Source: an uncultured Candidatus Saccharibacteria bacterium
GTDB lineage: Bacteria > Patescibacteriota > Doudnabacteria > UBA920
Direction: 5' to 3'
DNA length: 64,000 bases
Assembly (NCBI GenBank): GCA_964631145.1
Contig: CAZVXT010000003.1
Coordinates: 2,750 to 66,749, forward strand
The translations under genes were made by a program, and so were the position numbers. This document shows, in pieces, positions 52,189 through 61,862 of the stretch (its first letter is position 1; each line of letters starts with the position of its first letter). Below the pieces are notes generated by a model. The model worked only from the letters and a program-made list of their open reading frames with translations. It was not told the DNA's origin and ran no database searches.

Positions 52189-53095
52189 TTGAAGAGGTTA
52201 ATAAACCGTTAAATTAAATTTTGGCGAATTTCAAAAATTTAGCTTCTTCATTCAATTAAAAAATGATGTAAAACTATTCTCGATTGTATTTTAATCGAGT
52301 CTATTACCCAGCATGTTAAACAGGCCGCAGCGAAAGACCTCTCCCGACTGTTTATCAAAAACTTAGGTCCGTGCTAAAGCGCAAGCTGATGTATACGGGC
52401 TGATGCCTGGCCAGTGTCAGAAGGTCAAACCCCTTGGGGCAACCTCGGGGGCCAAGCCCTGATGAACGCCGGCGGTAACTATAACCGTCCTATGGTAGCG
52501 AAATTCCTTGTCGCGTAAGTTGCGACCCGCACGAATGGCATAACGAGTAGAGGACTGTCTTAACGAACACTCCGATGAACTTACAGTGGCGGTAAAGATG
52601 CCGTCTACCCGCAGCAAGACGGAAAGACCCTATGAAGCTTTACTATAGCGTGCTATTGAAATAATGTTTTCATTGTTTAGTATAGGTGGGAGACTTTGAT
52701 GCTAACGCGCCAGCGTTAGCGGAGTCGAAATGTGAAATACCACCCTGTGAATGTGTTGTTTCTAACTAACTCTTAACCTAAGTTAGGACAGTGGCTCGTG
52801 GGTAGTTTAACTGGGGCGGTTGCCTCCTAAATGGTAACGGAGGCGTTTATTAAGGTAGGCTAGGCGCGGATGGAAATCGCGCTGGTAGTGCAAACGCATA
52901 AGCCTGCTTGACTGCAAGAGTGGCGACTCGCGCAGGTGGGAAACCAGAAGTTAGTGATCCGATGCGTTCGAGTGGAAGACGCAAAGCCCAACGGATAAAA
53001 GTTACTCTAGGGATAACAGGCTGATCTTCTCCAAGAGTCCATATCGACGAGAAGGTTTGGCACCTCGATGTCGGCTCATCACGTCCTGGGGGTGA

Positions 53096-53132
<37 letters not shown>

Positions 53133-53395
53133 TGGTACGCGAGCTGGGTTCAAAACGTCGTGAGACAGTTTGGTCCTTATCTGCTGTGGGTGTACGAAAT
53201 TTGAGTGGTCACATCTCTAGTACGAGAGGACCGAGATGTATCGACCTCTGGTGTACCCGTTGTTCCTTCAGGAGCACGGCGGGGTAGCTAGGTCGAGTTT
53301 AGATAAGCGCTGAAAGCATATAAGCGCGAAGCTGTCCACAAGACTAGATTTCGTTGAGACTTCGGTCTCGAAAGGTTCGCAGGAGACTACTGCGT

Positions 53396-53454
53396 ATTTC
53401 AATCAAAATAATTTTTTTGAAGGGCTTGCCTGGATAAAAAATTGTAGCGATTTT
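53396..53454 (+). other. 23S insertion near the 3' end (domain VI)
   Basis: About 57 extra nt between GACTACTGCGT and ATAGGTTGCAGGTGTAAG; forms an imperfect hairpin. Confidence 0.75.
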
Positions 53455-53634
53455 ATAGGTTGCAGGTGTAAGGATAGTAATATCTTCAGCCGAGCAATAC
53501 TAATCAACCGAAAGTTTTAATCTTTATTACACTTTTGACAAGCAATTTGTGAATTGTTTATAGTACTTTTTAATTATCACTATCAGTTTTTAATAAATGC
53601 CCTCGGGCTTAAATCTTTATAGATAGAGATTTGG

Positions 53635-53750
53635 GCTGGGTGGCATTTACGGTGTGGTCCGACCTGATCCCATCTCGAACTCAGAAGTCAAACGCGCTCG
53701 TGCCGATGATAGTCTGGTGCATGCCAGTGCAAAAGTAGGTAGCTGCCCTT
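53635..53750 (+). rRNA. rrf: 5S rRNA
   Basis: CCTGATCCCATCTCGAACTCAGAAGTCAAAC, GCCGATGATAGT and AGTAGGT; helix I gggtggc/gctgccc. Confidence 0.95.
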
Positions 53751-53817
53751 ATAACATCAAACTCTCCGAGCAGGAGAGTTTTTTGATACCAAATTACAAT
53801 TTAAATGGAGGTAAATT

Positions 53818-54351
53818 ATGTATTTTATTATATTTGAACCAAATGGAACCATTGGCTCCATTTCGACCTATAATTCTTTAGCTGAGCAAATTGGTCAATC
53901 ATTTCCTAATGTTTCAATAATCGAAATTCAAAGTTTTGGAATCTTATGTGATATACCGCAAGAAGCATCTATCCGCGAAATGGAAAATAAGTTTGGAGTT
54001 GAGATAGAAAAAAATATGTCTTATAAAAAACTTAATCAAACCGGAAACAAAAGATACATTATCCAGCCAAAACATCTGAAGACAACTTCAAAGCCTGGTA
54101 GAGCAAGTCTTAATGAGTTAAAAGATTATACTGAACAACTCAAGCATAAGGTTTTAAGTTTTGTTGAAGGTATTGTTGTAATAAATCAACTCAATTTAAC
54201 TCAAAGTCTTTTAGTGGAAATACCTAATTCTATAAATATAGACACTGTAGCTAAAGAACTTGATGTTAAAGTAGAATTATATGTTCCTCAGCCAATTATT
54301 TTAGAAGGCAAAAGCTCTGACTTGGGTCGTTGGTTCCCGGATTTAGTTTAA
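53818..54351 (+). CDS. Hypothetical protein
   Basis: GGAGG SD; 177 aa. Confidence 0.65.
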   Translation: MYFIIFEPNGTIGSISTYNSLAEQIGQSFPNVSIIEIQSFGILCDIPQEASIREMENKFGVEIEKNMSYKKLNQTGNKRYIIQPKHLKTTSKPGRASLNELKDYTEQLKHKVLSFVEGIVVINQLNLTQSLLVEIPNSINIDTVAKELDVKVELYVPQPIILEGKSSDLGRWFPDLV

Positions 54352-54401
54352 GTTTTGATATAATAAACTTACAAACAATTTCAAAAATTTAGGAGGATTT
54401 T

Positions 54402-54830
54402 ATGAATAAATTAGCTGTACTAGCATGCGCTAGTATTTTTGGATTGACATTGATAGTTGGATTTTTGTTCGGACAAGTTTTAGAAGTTTCTCCAGGTCTT
54501 GCATTGGTAAGTAATACAGAAGGAGTATTCTTAACTTACACTACCGAAAGCAATCAAGAAAAAGAAGACGGAACAACTACAACTTGCTGTGATGAAAATG
54601 GAAATAACTATAGCTATAATCCTGGAAATAATTATTCTAGCGTTATAGTTTACAAACAGTTCTTTACAGGAAAAATTCGCAGACTAGTAAGTGTGGAGTC
54701 TTCAGAAATAACTGATAATACTTATTTATCTAGATTTGATGTGTATGAAAACCCAAAAAACTACAACAGTAAATCAGAAAAAGATTTAGTGGATGGTTTG
54801 CTAGCTGATTATAAACGCTTATCTAAGTAG
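54402..54830 (+). CDS. Hypothetical membrane-anchored protein
   Basis: AGGAGG SD; N-terminal TM. Confidence 0.65.
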   Translation: MNKLAVLACASIFGLTLIVGFLFGQVLEVSPGLALVSNTEGVFLTYTTESNQEKEDGTTTTCCDENGNNYSYNPGNNYSSVIVYKQFFTGKIRRLVSVESSEITDNTYLSRFDVYENPKNYNSKSEKDLVDGLLADYKRLSK

Positions 54831-54902
54831 TTCTCAAAGATTATAGAACTGCTATAATTATAAGGCTTAAGAAAAACTTAAGCCTTTTTTAATATCAATT
54901 TT

Positions 54903-55649
54903 ATGGACACTCAAATTGTAATTTTGGCAGCTGGTAAAGGGACAAGAATGGGTGGGGAAATCCCCAAAGTTTTAATACCTCTAGATGACCGTCCAGTTAT
55001 TTCTTGCTTGCTGGATAATATTAAAGACTTTGCTAAAGGTTCTGAGCCCGTGATTGTAGTTGGTTTTCAGGAAGAGTTGGTTAAAAAGACTTTAGGTGCT
55101 GGATACAATTATGTTACCCAGTTTGATCAGAAAGGTACGGCGCATGCAGTTTTATCTGCGCAGCAATCTGTTACTTCAGAAAATTTTGTTGTTTTGTATG
55201 GCGACATGCCATTTATTTCCTCAGAGTCTTTGATAAAATTAGAACAACTTCATCTTCATAATCAAGCAATGATATCTATGTTTACTTGCAAGGTTCCTAG
55301 CTTTGATTTTCCATATGAACCTTTTTCTGGCTACGGTAGAATTATTAGAAATTCTGATAACGAAATTCAAAAAATAGTTGAGTATAAAGATTGTTCGGAT
55401 ATTGAAAAAACTATATTAGAGGTTAATCCAGGAATTTATATGTTCAAATCAGCGTGGGTGTGGGATCAGTTAAAAAGAATTGGAAGCAGTAACTCACAAG
55501 GTGAGTATTATCTTACGGATATAATTGAACTAGCAATGAAATCCGGAGAACCAATTTTATCACTAGATATTTTGCCGGAAGAAGTTTACGGAATTAATAC
55601 ACCAGATCATTTAGAACATGCAAAAACTATTGTTAATAAAAAACAATAA
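54903..55649 (+). CDS. Nucleotidyltransferase, GlmU N-terminal-like (no acetyltransferase domain)
   Basis: Motifs LAAGKGTRM, PKVL, GTAHAV, YGDMP and EYYLTD. Confidence 0.88.
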   Translation: MDTQIVILAAGKGTRMGGEIPKVLIPLDDRPVISCLLDNIKDFAKGSEPVIVVGFQEELVKKTLGAGYNYVTQFDQKGTAHAVLSAQQSVTSENFVVLYGDMPFISSESLIKLEQLHLHNQAMISMFTCKVPSFDFPYEPFSGYGRIIRNSDNEIQKIVEYKDCSDIEKTILEVNPGIYMFKSAWVWDQLKRIGSSNSQGEYYLTDIIELAMKSGEPILSLDILPEEVYGINTPDHLEHAKTIVNKKQ

Positions 55650-57003
55650 AATTTTTTCTTTAGCTCTAGCATTATTGCTTGGGGTATTAGGTTTTTTATT
55701 GTTTTACCGATTAGGTGGGCATCCATTTTTGGATTGGGATGAGAGTATTTATGCTCAAGTTGTCAAAGAAATGCTTAGCAGCCATCGCTGGTTATCGTTT
55801 AGTTATTTTGGGCAACCATGGTATGAAAAACCTCCTTTAATGTTATGGATTGTTGCTATATTTGTAAAATTATTTGGTAACTCTGAATTTATATATAGGC
55901 TTCCTGTATCAATATTCGCTTATTTAACTGTTTTATTATCTGCCTATTTTACTTGGCTACTAAGTAGGTCTAGGCAAGCCGTTTTATTATGCCTAGCATT
56001 TTTTTGTATTTCCTTGCCGTTTTTAAGTGCTAGCTATTTTTTGCAGTTTGATAGTTTGGTGGCGCTATTGATATTATTACAAATGATTTTATTTTATAAA
56101 ACATTTGAAAATAAAAATTATTGGCTTTGGTTGGGACTGGTTTTGGCATTATCAGTGTTAACTAAAAATATAGTCGGACTATTTTTATTGCCAGCTTTCG
56201 GCTTAATTTTGCTATTTAAAAAGCAACTAGTGCTTACTTTTAAAGAGAAGTATTTTTGGGTAGCGGTGCTGACGTTTTTTATTATTGCTTCTCCTTGGCA
56301 TATATATAGTACATACATCGCTGGTACTAGCTTTTGGCAAAACTATTTTATTTATCACGTTTTAGATAGGGCGACTACAAATTTGGAACATAATGGGCAG
56401 CCTTTTACAACATTTATTAGAATGATATTTATATATTATCCTATAAGTAGTTTTATTTTTGGGCTAGGGTTTGTGACATCAATTATCCAAGGAGTTAAGA
56501 ACAGGGATTGGTATTTTGCCATCATGCCATTTATAGTTTTATTGCTGTTATTTAGCGCTTCTAATACAAAATTACCAGCATATATTACTCCTGCTATCCC
56601 GTTTTTGGTAATTTCTGTTGCATGTAGCTGGACAAAATTAATAGAATATGTACCAAAATATATGCACACAGCAATTATTGTGGTATTAATTTTCATTTGC
56701 GTATATTTAGGATTGAATTATAATGCATTCAAAATATCAAAAGCAGAAAATTCTATTAGAGATTTAGATACTAAGAAAGTAGGTTTATTTTTAAAAAACT
56801 ATCACACAGACTTTGATATTTATGACACCAGATTAGAATATAAAAATTTGGCAATAGGTTATTACTCTGATCGTAAAGTTTCTAATCTAACTTTATCTAT
56901 TGATCAAAAAAATGAAATAAAAAAAATAGGAGCACGTGTGTTCCATATATCTAGTTTAGAAGTGTGGGCTTCAGAAAAAAGCTTGTATATTATTTCTCAA
57001 TAA
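55618..57003 (+). CDS. ArnT/PMT-like (GT-C) glycosyltransferase
   Basis: Motifs WDESIYA, EKPPL and LTK; multiple TM segments. Confidence 0.88.
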   Translation: MQKLLLIKNNKIFSLALALLLGVLGFLLFYRLGGHPFLDWDESIYAQVVKEMLSSHRWLSFSYFGQPWYEKPPLMLWIVAIFVKLFGNSEFIYRLPVSIFAYLTVLLSAYFTWLLSRSRQAVLLCLAFFCISLPFLSASYFLQFDSLVALLILLQMILFYKTFENKNYWLWLGLVLALSVLTKNIVGLFLLPAFGLILLFKKQLVLTFKEKYFWVAVLTFFIIASPWHIYSTYIAGTSFWQNYFIYHVLDRATTNLEHNGQPFTTFIRMIFIYYPISSFIFGLGFVTSIIQGVKNRDWYFAIMPFIVLLLLFSASNTKLPAYITPAIPFLVISVACSWTKLIEYVPKYMHTAIIVVLIFICVYLGLNYNAFKISKAENSIRDLDTKKVGLFLKNYHTDFDIYDTRLEYKNLAIGYYSDRKVSNLTLSIDQKNEIKKIGARVFHISSLEVWASEKSLYIISQ

Positions 57004-57006
57004 TTT

Positions 57007-58266
57007 ATGAAAATAATTTTAGACCTACATATCCATTCCAAATATTCTCGTGCGTGTAGTAAAGATTTGGAACCAAAAAATTTGGAAATCTGGGCAAAAA
57101 TAAAAGGCATTTCAGTATTGTCTACTGGAGATTTTACGCATCCGGGTTGGCTTAAAATGTTAGAAGAAAATTTAGAAGAAGCAGAATTTGGCTTATTTAA
57201 GATCAAAAACTCTTCTACAAATATTAGGTTTTTATTAGGTGCTGAACTTGCTTCTATATACAAACAAGGAGACAAGGTGTGCAGGGTTCATAACTTAGTG
57301 TTTGCCCCTAGCTTTGTGATAGCGAAAAAATTTATTAAGAAGTTAGAAGATCGCGGAGTTAATTTAAAGTCTGATGGTAGACCGATTATGGGTGTACCAT
57401 GCGATGAGTTATTAAAAATTTGCAAAGATTCTGATGCTTCGATGCAGCTAATTCCTGCACATGCATGGACACCTCATTTTGGAGTTTTCGGCTCTCTATC
57501 AGGATTTGATAATTTAGAAGAAGCCTTTGGGAATTTGTCTTCAGAAATTAAAGCTATAGAGACAGGGTTATCTAGTGATCCTTTAATGAATTGGCAGATT
57601 CCATTTTTGGATAACATTGCTTTAGTTTCTAATTCCGATGCTCATAGCCTTCGAAAGTTAGGACGTGAGGCAAATGTTTTAGAAATCGCAGAGATGTCAT
57701 ATAAAAATATTTTTGATGCAATATATTCTCAAGATAAAAATAAATTTTTATACACGATAGAATTTTTCCCTGAGGAAGGTAAATATCATTTGGATGGGCA
57801 TCGAGATTGTCAATTTTCTTGTACCCCGGATAAAACTAGAAAATTGGGAGGGTTGTGTCCTGTGTGCGGCAAGAAGCTTCTACGCGGTGTAATGTCTAGG
57901 GTGGCTGATTTAGGCTCTCGTGATCTTGGGTTTGTACCTGCTAATGCTATACCATTTAAGTCTATTGTACCTCTTGAAGAAGTTATAGCAGATACTTATG
58001 GGGTTGGTGTCACAAGCAAAAAAGTTGCTGCTGCGTATAATACTTTAACTAAACGGCATTCAGAGTTTGAGATTTTATTAGATTTACCAGAAGAAGAACT
58101 GGTTAAAATTACAGAGCAGAATATTGCTCAAAGCATATTGCGAGTTAGGGAAGGTAAAGTTGTGCTGAAAGGTGGGTATGATGGAGAGTTTGGTAAAATT
58201 CAGATTTATTCTGCTGAAGAAAGGTCTAGTATGAATCTAAAACCCAAACAGCAAAGCTTATTTTGA
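57007..58266 (+). CDS. PHP-domain endonuclease Q family protein
   Basis: Motifs DLHIHSKYS, TGDFTHP, PAHAWTP, NSDAHS, GKYH, CPVCG and GYDGEFG. Confidence 0.9.
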   Translation: MKIILDLHIHSKYSRACSKDLEPKNLEIWAKIKGISVLSTGDFTHPGWLKMLEENLEEAEFGLFKIKNSSTNIRFLLGAELASIYKQGDKVCRVHNLVFAPSFVIAKKFIKKLEDRGVNLKSDGRPIMGVPCDELLKICKDSDASMQLIPAHAWTPHFGVFGSLSGFDNLEEAFGNLSSEIKAIETGLSSDPLMNWQIPFLDNIALVSNSDAHSLRKLGREANVLEIAEMSYKNIFDAIYSQDKNKFLYTIEFFPEEGKYHLDGHRDCQFSCTPDKTRKLGGLCPVCGKKLLRGVMSRVADLGSRDLGFVPANAIPFKSIVPLEEVIADTYGVGVTSKKVAAAYNTLTKRHSEFEILLDLPEEELVKITEQNIAQSILRVREGKVVLKGGYDGEFGKIQIYSAEERSSMNLKPKQQSLF

Positions 58267-58322
58267 TTAGTTGATTTTTACTTTAGATTTTGATATAATA
58301 AGAAAAATTTAGGGGGTATAAG

Positions 58323-58529
58323 ATGAAATTTCATTTAATTTTGATTGGACTTGTGCCGGATGCTAGACCAATTAAAAACGCAAATAACTTAAGTGAAGCA
58401 ATTGTCGAAGGTCGGAAGCAGGCACAAAAAGCTCAGAGCAATAATCCAGTATATTCATCCTTTATTGTTGTGGCAGAACAATATCAAGAATCTTTAGGTG
58501 AACCATCTTTATTAGATGATGATAAATAA
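58323..58529 (+). CDS. Small hypothetical protein
   Basis: AGGGGG SD with its own promoter and terminator. Confidence 0.55.
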   Translation: MKFHLILIGLVPDARPIKNANNLSEAIVEGRKQAQKAQSNNPVYSSFIVVAEQYQESLGEPSLLDDDK

Positions 58530-58617
58530 TATTTTTAGGCGAAACAATATAGTTTCGTCTATTTTTTATTTTTTGCTATAATTTATAGGTATTTTAAAGA
58601 AAGTAAGAAATTTTTAA

Positions 58618-60021
58618 ATGAAACGAACAAAAATTGTATGCACTATTGGACCGGCATCAGAGAGTCCAAAAATTTTAGAGCAACTTATAAAGAGTGGAAT
58701 GAATGTGGCGAGATTAAATTTTTCCCACGGCACTTATGATAACCATTTGCAGTTAATGAAAAATATTCGTGAAGTATCCGCCAAGTTAAAAACACCTGTA
58801 GCAATACTTCAAGATTTGCAAGGTCCAAAAATTAGAATCGGAAGTTTAGAAAAACCTTTTCCAATCAAAAAAGGTCAGACCGTGGTTTTGGGAAAAGAGG
58901 TTCCTCTTGATTATGATATTAGTAGTTCTGTGAAGCCAAGAGAGAGGATTTTAATTGAGGACGGAATTTTAGAATTAGTGGTAAAGTCAGTAAGTGGTAA
59001 AGAAATTACTTGTACAGTAGTTACTACTGGAGAAATCCGTTCTCATAAAGGTGTAAACTTGCCAGATAGTACAATAACTTTTCCAATTTTTACAAAGAAA
59101 GATATTAATGACTTAAAATTTGGATTGGAAAATGATGTAGATTTTGTTGCTCTTTCTTTTGTAAGAAATAAAAAAGACATCGATCAAATTAATAAATATA
59201 TAGACAAGTTTTTGCCAAAAGATAAAATGCGTCCCTTGGTTGTTGCTAAGATTGAGCTTGCAGAAGCGGTAGAAAAATTTGATGAAATTTTGGCAGTGAC
59301 CGATGCAGTTATGGTGGCTAGAGGCGATTTGGGTGTAGAAGTTGATGATTCACAAGTTCCGTTAATTCAGAAGTCTATAATTGCAAAATGCAATGCAGTG
59401 GCTAAGCAGGTAATTGTAGCTACTCAAATGTTAGATTCTATGATCCGTAACCCTCGCCCGACTAGAGCAGAAGTTTCGGATGTGGCTAATGCTGTTATTG
59501 ACCAAGCTGATGCTGTGATGTTGTCAGGTGAGAGCGCTTTTGGAAGCTTCCCTGTAGAAGCAGTTAGTGAAATGTCGCGTATTATTCAAGCAACAGAAAA
59601 TTCTCCATATGATGATGTGATGCGCGGTCCGTTTGATGGCGATAATATGGATGACTATAAAGCTTCATTAATAGCCGGCGCAGTCGAACAATTAGCGCTA
59701 GGTGTAGAAGCAGAAGCTATTATTGGAACTAGCGAAAGCGGTTATACTGCAAGATTTATCTCTCGCGAACGTCCTGTGGCACCAATTATTTTGATGACAG
59801 ATCGAGCAAAAGTATACAGGCAAATGTGTTTGGTTTGGGGTGTTACTCCTTTGTTCGTAGATAGTTTAAAAGCTCTAAAAAATGTTGAAGGTCTATTAAA
59901 CCATTTTGTTTCTGAAGCTAAAAAACTTAAGTTAATTAATAAAGGTCAAAAAGCTGTTTTGGTTGCAGGTAGTCCTTTAGGTGAGCGTATGAATTTGGTG
60001 CAAGCTATTACGGTAAAATAA
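58618..60021 (+). CDS. pyk: Pyruvate kinase
   Basis: Motifs TKIVCTIGPAS, RLNFSHG, MVARGDLG and ATQMLDSM. Confidence 0.98.
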   Translation: MKRTKIVCTIGPASESPKILEQLIKSGMNVARLNFSHGTYDNHLQLMKNIREVSAKLKTPVAILQDLQGPKIRIGSLEKPFPIKKGQTVVLGKEVPLDYDISSSVKPRERILIEDGILELVVKSVSGKEITCTVVTTGEIRSHKGVNLPDSTITFPIFTKKDINDLKFGLENDVDFVALSFVRNKKDIDQINKYIDKFLPKDKMRPLVVAKIELAEAVEKFDEILAVTDAVMVARGDLGVEVDDSQVPLIQKSIIAKCNAVAKQVIVATQMLDSMIRNPRPTRAEVSDVANAVIDQADAVMLSGESAFGSFPVEAVSEMSRIIQATENSPYDDVMRGPFDGDNMDDYKASLIAGAVEQLALGVEAEAIIGTSESGYTARFISRERPVAPIILMTDRAKVYRQMCLVWGVTPLFVDSLKALKNVEGLLNHFVSEAKKLKLINKGQKAVLVAGSPLGERMNLVQAITVK

Positions 60022-60089
60022 AAATTAATCGAAGCCATTTTATTAGATAAAATAAAAAACGCGGATAAAATTTTCCGCGTTTTGGTTTT

Positions 60090-60563
60090 TTAATTACTTG
60101 CTGCAATATTCAAACCAATTTGTTTTGCTTGCTCTGTGGTAATTACTCTTATTCCCTGATCTGTTAAGATGTTTCTTAATAAGTTTCTTTCATTTTTTAA
60201 GCGATCTATTAAATTATTATCTCTTATTTTTAAGTCTTGAGATTTTAAATTTTGAAATTTTTCCCATTCAAAAAAATCATATAAAACAGATGAGCTAAAT
60301 GAGTCACTCGAACTTATTAATACTTGTTTTGAAGTTTTAACATGTGTTAATCTGTAGCGAAAAGCTCCGCCACCAACTTTATTTATTATAAAGATGTCTC
60401 CGGTATGGTATTTTGACAACGGATTAACAGAGTCTTTTCCCCAATCCGCACCACCTAATGCTATCATTTGTTTTGGCTGACCTTTGTCATAAATTGGATT
60501 GATTCCAATATCTTCACCACTAATTAATCTATAACTAATATTAAAATACATAATTTCCTCCAA
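60090..60563 (-). CDS. Hypothetical protein
   Basis: ORF with a TTGACA-17-TAAAAT promoter; the start is probably MYFNIS (60551), after GGAGG. Confidence 0.65.
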   Translation of the reverse strand: MEEIMYFNISYRLISGEDIGINPIYDKGQPKQMIALGGADWGKDSVNPLSKYHTGDIFIINKVGGGAFRYRLTHVKTSKQVLISSSDSFSSSVLYDFFEWEKFQNLKSQDLKIRDNNLIDRLKNERNLLRNILTDQGIRVITTEQAKQIGLNIAASN

Positions 60564-60686
60564 ACTTAATTTTTATTCCCTAACATAAATAGAAAATAAT
60601 TGTATTAATTTTATCATATATCATAGTATTTGTCAATCAATAAAACCGCTTATATAAGCGGTTTTATTGTATAAAATGAGTATGGG

Positions 60687-61100
60687 TTATTTACGACGTT
60701 TTATATTTACTAAGATTAATCCTGTGATAATACCTCCGCTCATACCCATGGTGAGATCTTTCATTGTGTCATAAACACTTGGTTGCATATGGCTTCCTAA
60801 AAAGAAGTCTCCTGCGTATTCTGCTAGTTCCCACATTACAGCAGCTAAACATACAAAAGCAAGAATGATTAAAATTTCTATGGCTCTGGATTTGGTAATA
60901 ATGTGTTTTTGGTCTATGTGTTCTAGAAAAAAATAACTAGATATTGCAATAGCGCATCCACCCAAAAAATGCATAGGTGTATCAAACCATCTCCATACAC
61001 TGTATATGCCAATTGTGGTTACAAAAACATGAAAAGAAAATACTAACAGAGGAGCAAAGCCCATGGCAAAGTAAGATTTTAGATCTTTTTTGATTTGCAT
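60687..61100 (-). CDS. Membrane protein (H..WE..D metal-hydrolase-like motif)
   Basis: Motifs WFDTPMHFLGG, WELAEY and DTMKDL. Confidence 0.75.
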   Translation of the reverse strand: MQIKKDLKSYFAMGFAPLLVFSFHVFVTTIGIYSVWRWFDTPMHFLGGCAIAISSYFFLEHIDQKHIITKSRAIEILIILAFVCLAAVMWELAEYAGDFFLGSHMQPSVYDTMKDLTMGMSGGIITGLILVNIKRRK

Positions 61101-61119
61101 TATTTGTTAATAAAATAAT

Positions 61120-61428
61120 TTATTTTTCTTCTTCTGATTGTTCGTCTTTTTCGCTCTCTTCCACAGCTTGTTCGGTGTTAGCGATTTTGCTTTCATCGGC
61201 ATGAGCAGTTAAATGTTGAGATTTAACTTCGGTGTTGAAGATGTCGATAAATTCTTGATTAGCTTTATCGTCTATAAAGTGTTCTGCTAGCTTTTTTGGA
61301 TCTAATCCTGCAGTGCGTGCAACGGCAGTAACAAGTCTAGATAATGTTGCATTGCTTTGATTTTGTTCGTACATCAAACTTTCAAGAATTTGACGCTTGC
61401 TTAAGTTGTTTAGTTGAGATTTTGCCAT
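61120..61428 (-). CDS. Hypothetical protein
   Basis: AAAGGA SD; acidic tail. Confidence 0.65.
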   Translation of the reverse strand: MAKSQLNNLSKRQILESLMYEQNQSNATLSRLVTAVARTAGLDPKKLAEHFIDDKANQEFIDIFNTEVKSQHLTAHADESKIANTEQAVEESEKDEQSEEEK

Positions 61429-61479
61429 AATATCCTTTCTATGATTATGAGTTGTCTTGTTAAATATTGATTAAGTTAA

Positions 61480-61499
61480 TGGCGGAGAAGGTGGGATTC
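61480..61499 (-). repeat. Duplicated 3' end of tRNA-Ser
   Basis: tggcggagaaggtgggattc nearly matches the tRNA 3' end at 61677-61696. Confidence 0.8.
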
Positions 61500-61676
61500 T
61501 CCTCCCTCACGCTAGTCTCCTCAACACATTCGTTTATTTTACTCATTGTGTTTCGTCGACTTACGCTACGGTAGGCTCTGACGCTTTCAACTTGCCACTG
61601 GCAACTTGAAAGCTATTTTCTCATCCCACATTTATCACCAATAATTTTCATACCACTAATGTGGTATAAAAATTAC

Positions 61677-61764
61677 TGGCGGAGAAGGGGGGATTCGAAC
61701 CCCCGAACCCTTGCGAGTTACTCGCTTTCCAAGCGAGCGCACTAGACCACTATGCGACCTCTCC
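61677..61764 (-). tRNA. tRNA-Ser(GGA)
   Basis: Long variable arm, anticodon loop TT-GGA-AA, GCCA end. Confidence 0.97.
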
Positions 61765-61862
61765 ATAAATATAAATCTTCATAATTCTAGCATCTTTTAG
61801 ACTATTTGTCGAGGTCGTCTTGGTTTGCTTCAAATCCAATTTCTTGGTTAAATGAATATAGA

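Larger units (their letters stand above)
51624..52325 (+). other. Expanded 23S helix 63 (about 700 nt) carrying a tRNA-like array
   Basis: Closing stem 51624-50/52298-325 lies between conserved flanks AAGGAACTCGGCAA and GACTGTTTATCAAAAAC. Confidence 0.92.

Noticed and set aside
51624-52325. Group I/II intron interpretation of the H63 insert
   Set aside because: No recognisable catalytic core motifs or intron ORF; the space is filled by cloverleaves and hairpins, and the ends simply extend helix 63.
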